This document shows positions 1 to 12,775 of a stretch of DNA of 64,000 nt, in pieces. A program made the translations under genes and the position numbers. The DNA comes from Xylographa opegraphella. Lineage: Eukaryota. Position 1 is the stretch's first letter; every line of letters begins with the position of its first letter. The notes beneath the pieces are model-generated. The model ran no database searches. It had not been told where the DNA came from and worked only from the letters and a program-made list of their open reading frames with translations. The stretch lies in NCBI GenBank assembly GCA_022813865.1, contig JALDZX010000003.1, positions 496,001 to 560,000 on the forward strand, in the 5' to 3' direction.

Positions 1-1766
1 CCTCAGTACTGGTGCAGACTTCGTCTTTATTCCGGAGAAACCGCCAAGTGGGGATTGGGAAAAAGAAATGTGTACGATCATCAAAGAAGTGAGTAGAGGC
101 TCAAAGTCATCACTTCTTTCATTGCTAACCTATCTAGCGTCGAGCACTTGGTAAACGGAAGACTATTGTCATTATTGCAGAGGGTGCACATGATACAGAA
201 CTTCAGAAGATCTCCCCGACACGCGTCAAAGACCTTCTTACCAATAAGCTTGGCCTAGATACACGAATCACGACACTGGGCCACTTGCAAAGAGGAGGTG
301 AACCTTGTGCATATGATCGGATGCTGTCGACATTACAAGGTGTCGAAGCCGTTCACGCAGTACTCGATGCGACTCCAGAAACACCAACACCCGTAATCTG
401 TATTATTGAGAACAAAATCGTGCGGAAACGTCTTGACGATGCAATCAAAGCAACTCATGCCGTGGCCGAGGCTATTGAAGCAAAAGATTTTTCTGAAGCT
501 ATGAGGCTTCGAGACTCTGAATTCTCAGAGTACTATACCGCGTACATGACAACTACAGCTACAGATCAACCTCAGTTACTGCTACCTAAGGAGAAGGTAT
601 GGCATGACTATCTTCTGGGAAGTTTCTAAATTGACGTCTTACAGCGAATGCGTATCGCAATCGTCCACGTAGGCGCCCCGGCAGGAGGAATGAATGCGGC
701 GACACAATCTGCAGTTGCATACTGTCTCGCTCGCGGACATACACCCATCGCTATTCACAACGGCTTCCCTGGCCTCACTCGTCACCATGATGATAAACCT
801 CAGGGATCTGTACGTGAAATTAAGTGGCTTGATACAGAAGGCTGGATCAGTACAGGCGGCTCCGAAATCGGCACAAACCGTGGTCTGCCTTCGACAGATA
901 TAGCAAAGACTGCTGAATGTTTTGCGCTCTACAAATTCGATGCTCTATTTGTAGTTGGCGGCTTTGAGGCTTTCACGGCACTTAGCGAACTTCGGAAGGG
1001 ACGGGCTGAATACCCGTCCTTTCGGATTCCTATGGTTCTTCTTCCTGCCACAGTGAGTAACAACGTGCCCGGCACAGAATACTCTATTGGCAGTGATACA
1101 TGTCTCAACGCTCTTGTTACTTTTTGCGACGCGATCCGGGTATCTGCGTCGTCTTCGCGGCGGCGAGTTTTTGTTGTGGAAACTCAGGGAGGTCGATCTG
1201 GATATATAGCTACTGTAGCAGGACTCTCGATTGGAGCAGTTGCTGTATACACTCCCGAGGAGGGAATCAACCTTAATATGCTGACACAGGATATCGAGCA
1301 TCTCCGCCAAAGCTTCGCCACCGACCGCGGGCAGAACCAGGCTGGAAAGCTGATCCTTTGCAATGAGCATGCCTCCGAAGCATTTGACTCCATGGAGATT
1401 GCCAAGATTATCAAAGAAGAAGCCAAGGGACGCTTCGATGCTCGTCATGCCATACCTGGTCATTGGCAACAAGGTGTGAGACCTTCACCGATGGACCGAG
1501 TCAGAGCTGTCAGGTTAGCGTCCAAATGCATTCAGTTTCTTGAGGATTATGCTGGGCGAACACAAGAGGCTATTGCGGCGGACAGTCAAAGCTCAGCAGT
1601 AATTGGTATCAAAGGAGCCAGTGTCATTTTCTCGTCGATGCTGAAGTTGGAGAGGGATGAAACAGACTGGAAGGACAGGCGTCCAAAGAACGAGTTTTGG
1701 TTGGCAATGAAGACTGTGGTAGATACGCTGAGTGGTAGACCAAACCCAGGGGTCAAGCGTAATTAA
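1..1766 (+). CDS. pfkA: 6-phosphofructokinase, 3' part (5' end outside the window); exons ~2-88, 138-596, 645-1766
   Basis: The translation contains GADFVFIPE, TTLGHLQRGG, VGAPAGGMN, GGSEIGTNR, PATVSNNVPGT and VETQGGRSG motifs of both PFK halves. GT-AG introns at 89-137 and 597-644 join the frames. Confidence 0.96.
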
Positions 1767-3935
1767 AACATCGCTCAGAATAGATATTTAAAGAAGATTC
1801 CTCAACTTCTGCCGACTATCAAATATCTTGCTTGGGCCAATGACGAGGAGTAAGCTTATATGCTTGCCTTCCAGCGAATGTATACTGACAATCCCACTAG
1901 GGTTCACGATTAATAGTGCATCGAATGCTTTGCATTCGATATAACCGAGGTATATTGATTATCAATGCTACGCACGAAAGACTGCTATATCTCGTCCCTA
2001 GCTATCTGGCCACATAATACCTTTCCAATGCGACAGATCACTGATTCTGCCAGTCTGCATCCACATCCAAAGCTTCGCTACTCATGATAGAGGAACTCTT
2101 TCCACGCAATGTATGGAGGCTTTAAGTACTTCATACCACAGGAGACAGGCGATTAGGATGGATCTGCAGCACTGCAAACATCCGAAGGAACGACTGCAGC
2201 CAATTCGCGCTCGGTAACAATGTCATTACTAGTATTTCCGGCACCAGTTGCAATACCAGTGTAACTTTCGGGAGCAGATCCCAATCGCAGTCGGACGCCA
2301 GCCCCCAAAACACAGCAATCCCTTTTCTTCAAGCCCAAGGCGATAATCCAGCAAGCAGTCAACATGTTGTGCAGCGGAGGGACTGGAATGAATTCTCAGA
2401 GACAAGTTTATAGGAACATATTATGGTCAACTCCATCGATGATATTGCCAGAATTGTACTCCGAACCTTCGAGCCTTTCTTTATTAATGTCTGAGGCGCG
2501 TGAACGAGACTTATACGCCAATATTCCACGGATACCAGAGTATCCCGTCTTCTGGGAACAAGCTTGGCTGCTACTGGAGCCTGAGAACCCCATAGCTTGA
2601 ACTCGATAATGGTCATCTATATAGGATCGGCAGCTGAAGAGAATCTGCGATTTGAGGAAAGAGCAAAGAGACAGCATCAATCAGCAGAGTATCGACGCAA
2701 GCACCTTTCCTTTTGCTGCGGAACTTGGGAAGCTTCGACCAATCATTATTTCGTGCGGATAGGGAAGGCAGCTCCCGAAGAACTTTGGAAAAATTTCCGA
2801 AGCTTGGAGGCCGTAGCCGTTGCATGTTGAAATACCTATCTCAACGCTAAGTATACTCTAATTTTGCAGCACTTTGGGCTTCTCGAAGCCGAGTCACTGG
2901 CTTGTGGCCTTAACAGAACGTCAGCAATGCACGATTTTATTCTTCATGTTCAAGGCATGACCATCACAAGCAACCCGAATTTACTCTTCAGGAATGTGGG
3001 ACAGAATTAATGTCCCTCACAAGACATCGCATATGACGGGCTTCAAGGCCCTTTTATTGAATTGGTTGAAAATCAAGAAAACGTGCAACAATGCGGCGGA
3101 TGTTGCCAAGCTATTCTCAAATTTCACCAGAAGAGCAGTTTCAAGGGGTATCCTGGCACTGATGGGCTTTGCATCTTCGACACCGCATCGCCGACACCGA
3201 AAGCAGGCAGAGAGCGGCAGGATTCACCTCTCCATGGAAATATCTGAACGCAGGTTTTTGAGGAAGGCCAAGCCACGAGAGCATAGGTCTAATGTGAAAG
3301 GCGTAAAGTTGACAAGCTCGAGGACAATGACGCTGCCTATGAGGCCGGCGCAGGCATGTATATCTCGAGGACCTTCATGTGCAATGTATGTCCGGCAACC
3401 AAACTCTAGCTTGCCAACCCACAAGTTTATGCTGACATGTACGAAGCCGGCTGTTAAAGCCAAATACGGGGATTTAGCTGAGATCGAGACGTTAGCGGTT
3501 GGAGGCGGCCTAAGAAGGAGGGAGGCCCAAGGGGGTGGGGACTGATGGAGAGGAGAGCTGGAGAGCTGGAGAAAAGTTCATGGGGTGAAGATGGAACGCA
3601 GAAGGAGTGGTGGTGATGGCCGTGATGATGAGGGCCGCGGTGGTGAAGAGGGCTGTGGTCGTAAGTGGGATAAGTGGTGATAAGGAGGGCCGGGACGGAA
3701 AGGGGAGTCGGGCACTCGTGGTGGTGAGTGGTGGTGAATAGTGGTAGAAAGAGTCGTAAATGTAACCAGGGTCGTGGTCGTGAGTAATCAGTCCGTTCAG
3801 ACCGCGGCTGAGACTGGACTGAAATGAAAGTACATTTCTGACGATGGCACAAATTAAGAGGACTGCGAATCTATATTACCGAGCGATCATGGCTTCTCCC
3901 GAGATATGAGTTGATTTCTTTAACAGTATGATAAG

Positions 3936-4039
3936 AGACATTGCAGTGTCAGTCCCGACAACTAAGGTCCAGATACAGAATCGTAGACATTGCAGTGTCA
4001 GTCCCGACAACTAAGGTCCAGATACAGAATCGTAGACAT
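3936..4039. repeat. Perfect 49-bp tandem duplication (2 copies plus a 6-bp AGACAT remainder)
   Basis: GACATTGCAGTGTCAGTCCCGACAACTAAGGTCCAGATACAGAATCGTA starts at 3937 and again at 3986. Confidence 0.95.
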
Positions 4040-4837
4040 GAAAGCAACGGGTGAAGTGCGGTACGTTCGTACTATACTGACAGCTTTTCACGCAGATCTT
4101 CTCCGTCAGGCGTCCCGGAGGAGTCACCTTCATACAAGTCGTGAGAAGCTGGTCATTCTTGCGGGTCGAACACAAGTCGATAGGCAACATGAAAACATAT
4201 TCCGTTACATACACGTGACAAGGAAAACTGCAGTGTCCCCCAAAAAAGTCAACAAAAGAGAAAAAAGATGATCGTCCCCACACAGACTACTTCGAATTAG
4301 TTACAGTTTATATCAGATTAAATCTGGTGAGCTTGCCTCGAACTGTGAACCTCCCGATCCCACTTAAATCCACATAGTGGGCTTTAACAGTCGGCTGCGT
4401 ACATGTCAGAATGGTTGTAGTAGCGGATAAGTAGGAGTACTAACACGCGCTAACCAGTTGCGCCATGGAGACTGATTGTTGAAAACTGACTGACGTGTTT
4501 GAAATTATATTAGTACAACATGTCGGTGCCCCTTTTTCGAGCTCGTCACCCCTATGCATGAGATACAATCCTCTCAGCCTCTAGGACCAAGATACGTCAA
4601 AAATCCCAGCACTACTAATGTAGTGCTAGAAATTGAGTTATTGACGCTATTGATTGTTTCAGCATATGGCAAATAGCGTTGAACTGCATGTAGAGAAGAT
4701 TCATCAAGAATAACATTCATTTTTTAGGGTATCTCAGTATCTAATGCACCTGTTCCACCCCGCCCCATAGTGCTCGTAAACGCCAGACTACCCGACAATA
4801 TCCGGTTCCACATGAGTCTATCCCTCCGATTGCCTTG

Positions 4838-5606
4838 TCACGCAGGCCCCGAATTATACTTTTCCGTCGCAGACCTGAACAGCTCCTGCTGCTGCTGCAA
4901 CAATTGCTCATCTGTGAGCCCGCTATCCTGTAGCTTGTTTGTCTTCTTTTCCCTCGTCTGCAATCCGTCAGCGAGCCCCTCGCGTAACCTTGTAGAGATG
5001 CTCGCCTTTAGCTGTTCCTTATGCTCCCCAGCAACCGCTAATACCTCAGACACATACTCTGGGAAGCCCAGTTCTCTTAGGGCTTTATCGATATGCTCCG
5101 CTGCGATTGTCTTCTTGGACTCCTTCTCCGCAATCTCATTCGCTTCGGAAGATATGAGTGTGATGAATTCCACACTGCAATCGATTAAGAGATCTCGAGC
5201 GTCTTTGCCGAAGGTCAAGCCTGACTTGTCGCCCAATATCTCGGTGATAATTTTCTGTATCGTGGCTGTAATATGTGAGCCAACATTCTCCGAGAGCGAG
5301 GATTGTAAGAAATCGGACTGGGAGAAATCAGATGATTCCGAAGGGGCATAACGTGGCGCTACAGGAGTCACGCTCTTCTTATGGTGGCGCTGAACACGAA
5401 GATTATATTGTATGCCACTTCCACCCTGGTTGATGAAAGGAGCAGCAAGAGCTCGAATATCTGCCAAAACCCCTGATGCATTTACTGGCATTCGCAAGAC
5501 TCGACGTACCTTTAGGAAGTGTCAAATCATCATTTCCTGCTGCAATGTTAACTGCTAGATATCACATCACAGACAGCATCTCACCACCAAATTCTCGGTC
5601 GGACAT
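4838..5606 (-). CDS. NCB2: Negative cofactor 2 beta subunit (Dr1/NCB2, histone fold); 4 exons
   Basis: The spliced product reads MSDREFGGNDDLTLPKATIQKIITEIL...ARDLLIDCSVEFITLISSEANEIAEKESKKTIAAEH. Introns include 5266-5509 and a GC-AG intron at 4958-5005. Confidence 0.93.
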
Positions 5607-6622
5607 CTTTCACCGGCATAGGCCATACGAAATTGCTGTGTTGCCCGTCAACTCGTAACCGCTAACCAAAGCATGCGCTGCGTTATGCTAACCTTAGGGC
5701 TGAAAGGCCCATAAATTCTGCCAGAGCGGTGAAACAACAAGCATATGGATATTTTTCGCCGATGTTCAACCTGCAAATTACTTACGCATTTCAACAACCC
5801 AGCCTTGACTGGCCGCAGAGCTCTGCGAAGAATGTCATTGTAGCTGTTTATTGACTTTCCTCCAGTGAACGAGAATTTATATCTATATAAGTAAGTGATT
5901 GCAATCCGCATACCTATGTTGTTGCATTCGCAATGAACTATCATGATGAACATCGTGTCGCCCCTATCAGACCAACAAAGCTTATGCTCAAATCTGGTGA
6001 CGTACCTGTCTTAACCAAACGGACTTTCTGAACATTATCCCTTTTGTCCTAGCTATTGCACTTGTCAACCGCTTTGTATTCCTGGTATTGATATTTCACA
6101 GGTTTGAGACTACCGGCTTCCTTGTCTCGCAAGGTCTTCTTGTTGTCGTAGGTAGGTCAATCCCTCGCTAGAAGCCTTCAGATTACCCTTACACGCGTAC
6201 AAACATGATGAGCAAACAAATACTATCAAATTCGGAATCTATATGACGAACAAACTGGTTCGATTACCTGACAAATGCTATTTTCTATAAGCTACCGGCT
6301 AAAGATTGTTGTTGTACCTCCGCAATGCTGATCTTTTTCTTACAGGAGTAAGAGGAGCAAATAAAATGGAGAGACCTTCGAAAGCCGATTGCACACTACG
6401 GTAAATTCTCCCTCTCATTACTTCCTTTGCTCTACCCTTTCGAGAGGCTTGTGATGCCAAAAAACATTCTATGCTAAAGCTGAAGGCGCATTGATGCCGA
6501 ATGCTGAAAAACCTAGAGACTTTTCATCTTTCAACTGAAGCCATATTTGAACATCTCTGTTTATGCATTTTCCCTTGGCCGTTGCTAATTTCTTTCGCAG
6601 CTGCATGATGTGAGACCAGACC

Positions 6623-7540
6623 CTACTCGCTGACCTTCTGGTCTTGGTACGCCGCCAAATCCACACTATCCCATCTGGCTTTGATTAGCAGAATATGGAA
6701 TAAAATAAATGGTTTCATACCGAAGGAAGTGGCCACTCAAATCCTTTGGAGGATTCAGGACCACTCGTGCCATGACATGGCCTGGCTGCTCTGGTCTGAG
6801 TAGCCCACCTTCTTTATGCAAGATATGAAACCTGGCGGCATCTTTCTCGGTCATCAAAGTCGAATGCACATCCCGCAGCTCCCTTTGCATCTCGGTATCC
6901 ACTACTCCGGGTCCAATTGACAGTGTGGTGATATTTGGTTCCTCAACTCCAATCGTCATACCGAGATGATTGAGTGCTGCTTTCGAAGCTCCATAAGCTC
7001 CCCACGTACTGTATGAGTGTGTCGCGGCACCTGATGATGTGAATATGATACAACCGTTGCTCTTACGAAGTTCCGGAATCGCCGCTCGAGCCTTGCTACT
7101 ATGAGCCGAAGTCGTTTCAATCGACATTGGAAATTACTTACAAATGCTACTGCACTGAAAAAGTTGACATCGAAATTTTGTTTCCAGTGTTCCGGATTGC
7201 TGTCTACCACCTGTGTGACGGGGGCTAGAACTCCATGGTTGATGATCAGACCATCTATTCGGCCAAACTCCTTGTTCGTAAGCTCCACGGCTTTCGCGGC
7301 AAGATCAAAGTTGGCCATATCACCCGCTAGTACTCTCACTTGCGCTGGATGTTGAGCTTGAAGTTCTTGCAGCGGCTTCTCGCTTCTAGCGAGGATCACA
7401 ACATTGTTGCCCTGTTGCAACAGGTATCTTGCTATTGCTTGACCAATTCCTGCGAGTTTTCATAAGCTACGCTATAGTTTGAACTTGTATCTTCATGGCT
7501 CACCGCGTGATGCCCCAGTGATTATGATTGTTTTCGGCAT
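6623..7540 (-). CDS. Short-chain dehydrogenase/reductase (benzil-reductase/IRC24-like); 4 exons
   Basis: MPKTIIITGASRGIG Rossmann motif split by an intron, INHG, YGASKAA (YxxxK) and PGVVDTEMQ. Confidence 0.88.
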
Positions 7541-7913
7541 TTTGACAGTTGTTCCAATACTCGATTCTCACTCGGTTACAGTTGATCATGCACGCACCGA
7601 TCCTATGATTCAGCTGCTTCTGGTGCCCTTACAAGGGCATTAACTGGGATCGGGCTTTTCAGTTCGAGGATGATCACTAGATTTAATCTGTCTTAAATGT
7701 AAATAATTTCAAAATAGTATGTGTGGGGACGTGCTTATCTGTTGCAATCAATAACAATATGTTGACAATTTTTTGAGTTCGTCATAGTTCAAGGGTCCGG
7801 GATGAGGGGCAATCTTTTAGAACCAAGAGCACTCGTGAAGCATCAATTATCATGCATCTTCATCATTCTCGGAGAAACGTTTTCTCAATTATTTCTGTGA
7901 GAAATCGTAGCGT

Positions 7914-9220
7914 ATGGCTACCGTAATTATCGGCGCTGGCATCATTGGCTCTGCGACAGCCTTCTATCTTACAGAACCGCCTTCTACGGCTACAGCGTCC
8001 AGCATCCACCTTGTGGAGTCTTCCCCAGAGTTATTTGCTTCAGCATCAGGCCATGCAGCAGGCTTTCTTGCACGTGACTGGTTCTCGCCTCCGCTTGCCT
8101 CCCTTGGCGCATTGAGTTTCGACCTCCACAAGGAGCTCGCAGAGCAGAGAAACGGTGCAGAGAAATGGGGCTATTGTCGAAGTACTGGCACGTCACTGGC
8201 CGAAGTCAAAGGCAAGCGCGGAGACGAATGGCTTCGTGACGGCAAGAGTCGTGCTGAGGCGGCTGCTACACATGAATTCATAGACGGGTCTGGACCGGCC
8301 TGGTTAACTCAAAGTAGAAACGGGAAGGTGGAGGTTATCAGTGAAGACGATAGCACTGCTCAAGTGTTCGTTGTATACCAGATAGCGGAAGATATCAACT
8401 TCTGTGGTGTCCCATGTCGCTGAATTACAATGTAGTTGACACCGTTTCCAGTCATCCACTTCGCCTCTCCCGCTTCCTCCTTTCGACCTGTCTCGAAAGA
8501 GGCGTACAGCTGCATCAACCATGCCAACCAATGACGGTCAACAACGACTCCGAAGGGAAAATCTCGTCTGTAATCATTGCGTCGTCCGCGAACCCTGAAA
8601 AACAAATATCCATCCCTTGTTCCCGGCTCATCATAACAGCTGGCGCATGGACACCACGAGTCTTCCAAACCCTTTTTCCAAAGTCTCGAAAAACCATCCC
8701 AATCACGAGCCTAGCGGGGCACTCACTGCTCATCCGTTCTCCACGGTGGAATATTGGCGACGAAACAAAAGGCCGTGGAGGTTGTCATGCTGTCTTCACT
8801 ACCGACGAAACGGGATATAGCCCTGAAATATTCTCTCGTGTTGGCGGTGAGATCTACATCGCGGGCTTGAACTCTGCAACGCTGCCTCTGCCCGAGCGAG
8901 CGACTGATCGGGAGATTGATGAAAAGAGCATTGGGGTGCTGAAGGCTACGGCCAAGAGGCTACTAGGCAAACATGACGGTGATGACGATCTAGAGATACT
9001 CAGAGAGGGCTTGTGCTTTCGGCCGGTGGGTGAGAAAGGTGCACCGATTGTAGGCAAGGTGGATGAGGGGCTGCTGGGGATGAAGCTTAATTGTGGGGTT
9101 TGGATAGCTGCAGGGCATGGGCCGTGGGGGATAAGCCTCAGCCTGGGGACGGGCAAGGTGATGAGTGAGATGGTGGAGCGTAGGCAAACGAGTGCGAATG
9201 TGAGAAAGTTGGGGCTGTGA
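7914..9220 (+). CDS. FAD-dependent oxidoreductase, DAO family (TDA3-like); intron ~8366-8451
   Basis: VIIGAGIIG FAD motif, ASASGHAAGFLA, GLCFRP and AAGHGPWGISLSLGTG. Confidence 0.88.
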
Positions 9221-9312
9221 AATTGTATTATTAGGACGGATTATAACCGGCTAATTCCAGAAGAGATCGCCTCTTACGCCGTCTGGGTAATGCACTATCT
9301 ATACATACAAGG

Positions 9313-10553
9313 CTATTGCGGTTTCCTTGCCACCATCAAATACATTGGCGTGAACAGCTTTTGTTCTCCGCCAGCCACCAAAGCATCCGCAGCTCTTGCC
9401 AAGCTATCCGCTGTCTTTTGAGTTCCTTTAGATGCGATACCCACTGTTTCTAAAAGGCCTACGAATTGGTGAATTGCTCCCCGTCCAAGCTTCGTCATCC
9501 TCGCCACAGTGAAAATATCCCCAAAGCTACCGATCATCCTAAAATTGCCCGCAAGGGGATAATACCATGGCCGTGCGTCAGGCCGGTCTGCCAAGTCCTC
9601 ATGGTGTTCAAGCACAAATCCTGCGGCTTTGATGGCTGCAAGACCTTCGGAGACTCTGACCATGTTTGATATACCGTCACCTTGTTCAATACTGAGTCGG
9701 ATCTTGCGGTGTTCGGTGTTGTCGTTGTCATAGGCATCTGTCATGAGCCACTCATACACACCGAAGACTCCGCCAGGTTTCAGAACGCGAAAGATTTGGG
9801 AGTAGACGCCTTCGAGGGATGGAGCATGGACAGTAGCTTCAATAGCATAGACAGCGTCGAAGGTGTTCGCGGGGAAAGACATTTGCTGTTAGATTTAGAT
9901 TAACGCTTGTTAATTTTAGATGAAAGCATACCATAAAGTCTCCTTTGGTGAAACTCAATTGACTTGACAGTCCCTCCTTGGCCGCATATTTTGTAGCTCG
10001 TTCGATTTGGTAGTCATTATTATTCAAGCCGACAATGTTGACACCTGCAAACTTGGCTATTTCTCGTGCAGGGCCGCCAACGCCACAGCCTACGTCCAAG
10101 ACCTTCATGCCGTCCTTGAGACCCATCATGTGTGCAAGATAGTGTTCATGGCGCGCTATCGCCTGGTTGAAGGGCTCGCCATACGCAAATCGACAGAAAT
10201 GGAAAGAAGCACCCCAGCCGTATTCGTAAAGGTCTGTGGCGAGGTTGTAGTAACTTAACGGGAAGTCAGTATGATTCCGCCTGCAGACTCTTCACGAAAA
10301 GCTCGGGTACGAACTGTCGGGTAAGTGTAGCATATTCTGCTTTCCTAGCCTCTCTGGTCTCTTGTGTCTCCGTGCTGGCGTCCTTGTTGTCCCAGTGCTT
10401 GAAGTACTCGTCGACAGCAGCTTTCTGAGCCACAGGATCCTTGCCCATCATGGACATGAATCCTCCTCGCCCACTGGCAGACTTCCCATGAAGGACTTTG
10501 GCGAAGGCGGCATCACGGGAATGATCCTCTGGCTCTAGGGCAATTGGTGCCAT
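9313..10553 (-). CDS. ERG6: Sterol 24-C-methyltransferase; 3 exons
   Basis: [35 protein letters not shown] and [12 protein letters not shown]. Confidence 0.96.
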
Positions 10554-10882
10554 GGTTTTCTACTGACAGGATCTTCAAATAAACGGCATGTAGTGTGCAA
10601 TAAAGGAATGACAGAAAACTAGGATAGCACAGAAAGGGGGTTTGTAGGTCGATTGACAAAGTCAGGCCATACCCAAAAATGCGGACTCCCCAGATCCATG
10701 AAATTGTTTACAGGGGTCGACGATTGAGCTACACGCTAGTCGTCTTCAGGTAAAGCTTACGCAGTCCGATAAGCTTCTATCAGCCTTACCTTCTTTTGGC
10801 ATGCCTGCTTGTCGGATTTATCATCGTAGATTCTGGGCAGTCCAATTTCCCTCATTGCATTATTATACCTACATAAGTCAAG

Positions 10883-12097
10883 ATGCCGCAAATCAAGCAG
10901 GACCTTAATCGATCTGGCTGGGAGCAAACTGATATGCCGAGTCAGTATTTCCCAGCACAAAGGGGTACAAAATTAATACTAAAACGTATCCTAGGTGTAT
11001 GTGAGAACTGCCTGCCAACCAATCCATATGTTCAAATGCTCAAAGAAGATCACGGCGCCGAGTGTAAGATCTGCACCAGACCATTCACACTTTTCCGATG
11101 GAAGGCAGATCGTACCGCGAGAACAAAACGTACGAATATTTGTCTCACTTGTGCAAGACTAAAGAACTGTTGTCAGTGCTGTATGCTCGATCTATCGTTC
11201 GGACTACCTATCGTGGTTAGAGATGCGGCCCTTAAGATGGTGGCGCCTGGTCCTGAAAGCAGCATCAACCGAGAGTACTATGCACAAGAGAATGAGCGTG
11301 AAATCGAAGAAGGGAGAGGCGGCCTGGAGGAGTATGAGAAAACAGATCAGAAGGCCCGTGAGCTGTTAAGACGTCTAGCAAATAGTGAGCCATACTATAA
11401 GCGTCAACGGAGGTTAGAAGCAACGGAAGATGATGAGAAGACTGTAGTGGGCGCTGATGGACAAAAGAGGCTTTCCGCAGGTCCTGGGCCTATTCGGACG
11501 CATGACAGACAAAGCTACGGATCACCATCGGTTGCACGAGGTGGGGGCATAAGAGGTGGACGTGGTGGAGTTAGAGGCGGAAGGGCTTTCCCAAGCACAG
11601 CGCAGCTTCCGCCTGGGCCGCAAGATATCCTTCCACCACGGGATCGCAATGTCACATCCTTATTTGTCACTGGCGTGGAAGATGACCTTCCAGAGCATGC
11701 TATAAGAACCTTCTTCACTCCCTTCGGAACACTTCGATCGGTTGTTTGTTCACATCGTGCGCATTGCGCCTTTATCAATTATGCAAGTCGGGAAGGAGCT
11801 GAAGCTGCAGCTGAAGCCTGTCAAGGAAAAGCGGTGATATCCGGATGTCCGCTCAGGGTACAATGGGGCCGGCCAAGGCCTTTAGACAATATGGAAAAGG
11901 AGGAAAGATTTGCTACAGCAAGGCAAGGACGAGACACGGCTGCAGCCGTTGCTGCAGCAACTAGAGCGGGTGGAGCATCTGAATTTGAAGGAGAGTCAAG
12001 TGCGTTTGCCGACGAAGCTGGAACTGGTAATATGGATGCGATTGCGCCTCCCCCCGGCCAGGACGATGTTCAGTATGCCAGTCTAGCAGGAGATTGA
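10883..12097 (+). CDS. SLT11: Pre-mRNA splicing factor SLT11/ECM2 (RBM22); probable in-frame intron 10941-10994
   Basis: CENCLP-NPYVQM, ECKICTRPFTLFRW and CARLKNCCQCCMLDL zinc motifs, plus a C-terminal RRM (CAFINYASR, LRVQWGRP). Confidence 0.93.
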   Translation: MPQIKQDLNRSGWEQTDMPSQYFPAQRGTKLILKRILGVCENCLPTNPYVQMLKEDHGAECKICTRPFTLFRWKADRTARTKRTNICLTCARLKNCCQCCMLDLSFGLPIVVRDAALKMVAPGPESSINREYYAQENEREIEEGRGGLEEYEKTDQKARELLRRLANSEPYYKRQRRLEATEDDEKTVVGADGQKRLSAGPGPIRTHDRQSYGSPSVARGGGIRGGRGGVRGGRAFPSTAQLPPGPQDILPPRDRNVTSLFVTGVEDDLPEHAIRTFFTPFGTLRSVVCSHRAHCAFINYASREGAEAAAEACQGKAVISGCPLRVQWGRPRPLDNMEKEERFATARQGRDTAAAVAAATRAGGASEFEGESSAFADEAGTGNMDAIAPPPGQDDVQYASLAGD

Positions 12098-12775
12098 AAA
12101 ACTTCAACTGTCACGGAATACTCTGCTACATCACATGGCAATAGAACACGTTGCATGAATCGGAACCATTCAAGGTAACGCAAGCCGAAGGCCTTAAAGA
12201 TATCTGGTAATTTTAGCCACTCCAGTATCCAAGGCTATGTCCCATGACAACAACTACAGACAATACCATCTTATCGATATAATCTTGACCAGGGCTAGAA
12301 TTGCGGTACTCCGAACCTGATTTTTTATCGCATACTGCAGGATCGCAGCCATAAAAGCTTGTGCTGGAGGTTCAGTTCGCACGCCTTAAGGAGTATATAT
12401 TGCTATCGAGATAGTTGAAGTACTTGGTATCAAGGCTATATCTAATCAATTCCACCATAACTCAATAGCGTAGCATAACTGAAGTAGTAGTGATGCTTTC
12501 CTTCCAAACACCTATTACTCTGTACCTCGTGTTTGTGCCGAGGGCCGCAACTCATAACTCGATATTTCCCCAACCAGTAAAGACCGAAGGTGAAAGTTCC
12601 CGCTAGCGCCTTTATCGGCTTTCATATCCCTGTCAATATTTTACTCAACATCTTGACGACGAGTCAAGCACCATCAGATACCGTTCGGCATCGGAAAAGA
12701 ACGCCTGTACTGACACCGAGAAGCTGTAGAAGACCTTCAGCTCCAGTCTTTACTGGTCTCTAGGCTTGTTCCACT

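Noticed and set aside
3454..3852. His/Pro-rich minus-strand ORF as a metal-binding peptide
   Set aside because: Non-ATG start, and the composition follows from the G-rich low-complexity tract.
3936..4039. Direct repeats as a CRISPR array
   Set aside because: Only two abutting copies, no spacers, no cas genes, and the DNA is eukaryotic.
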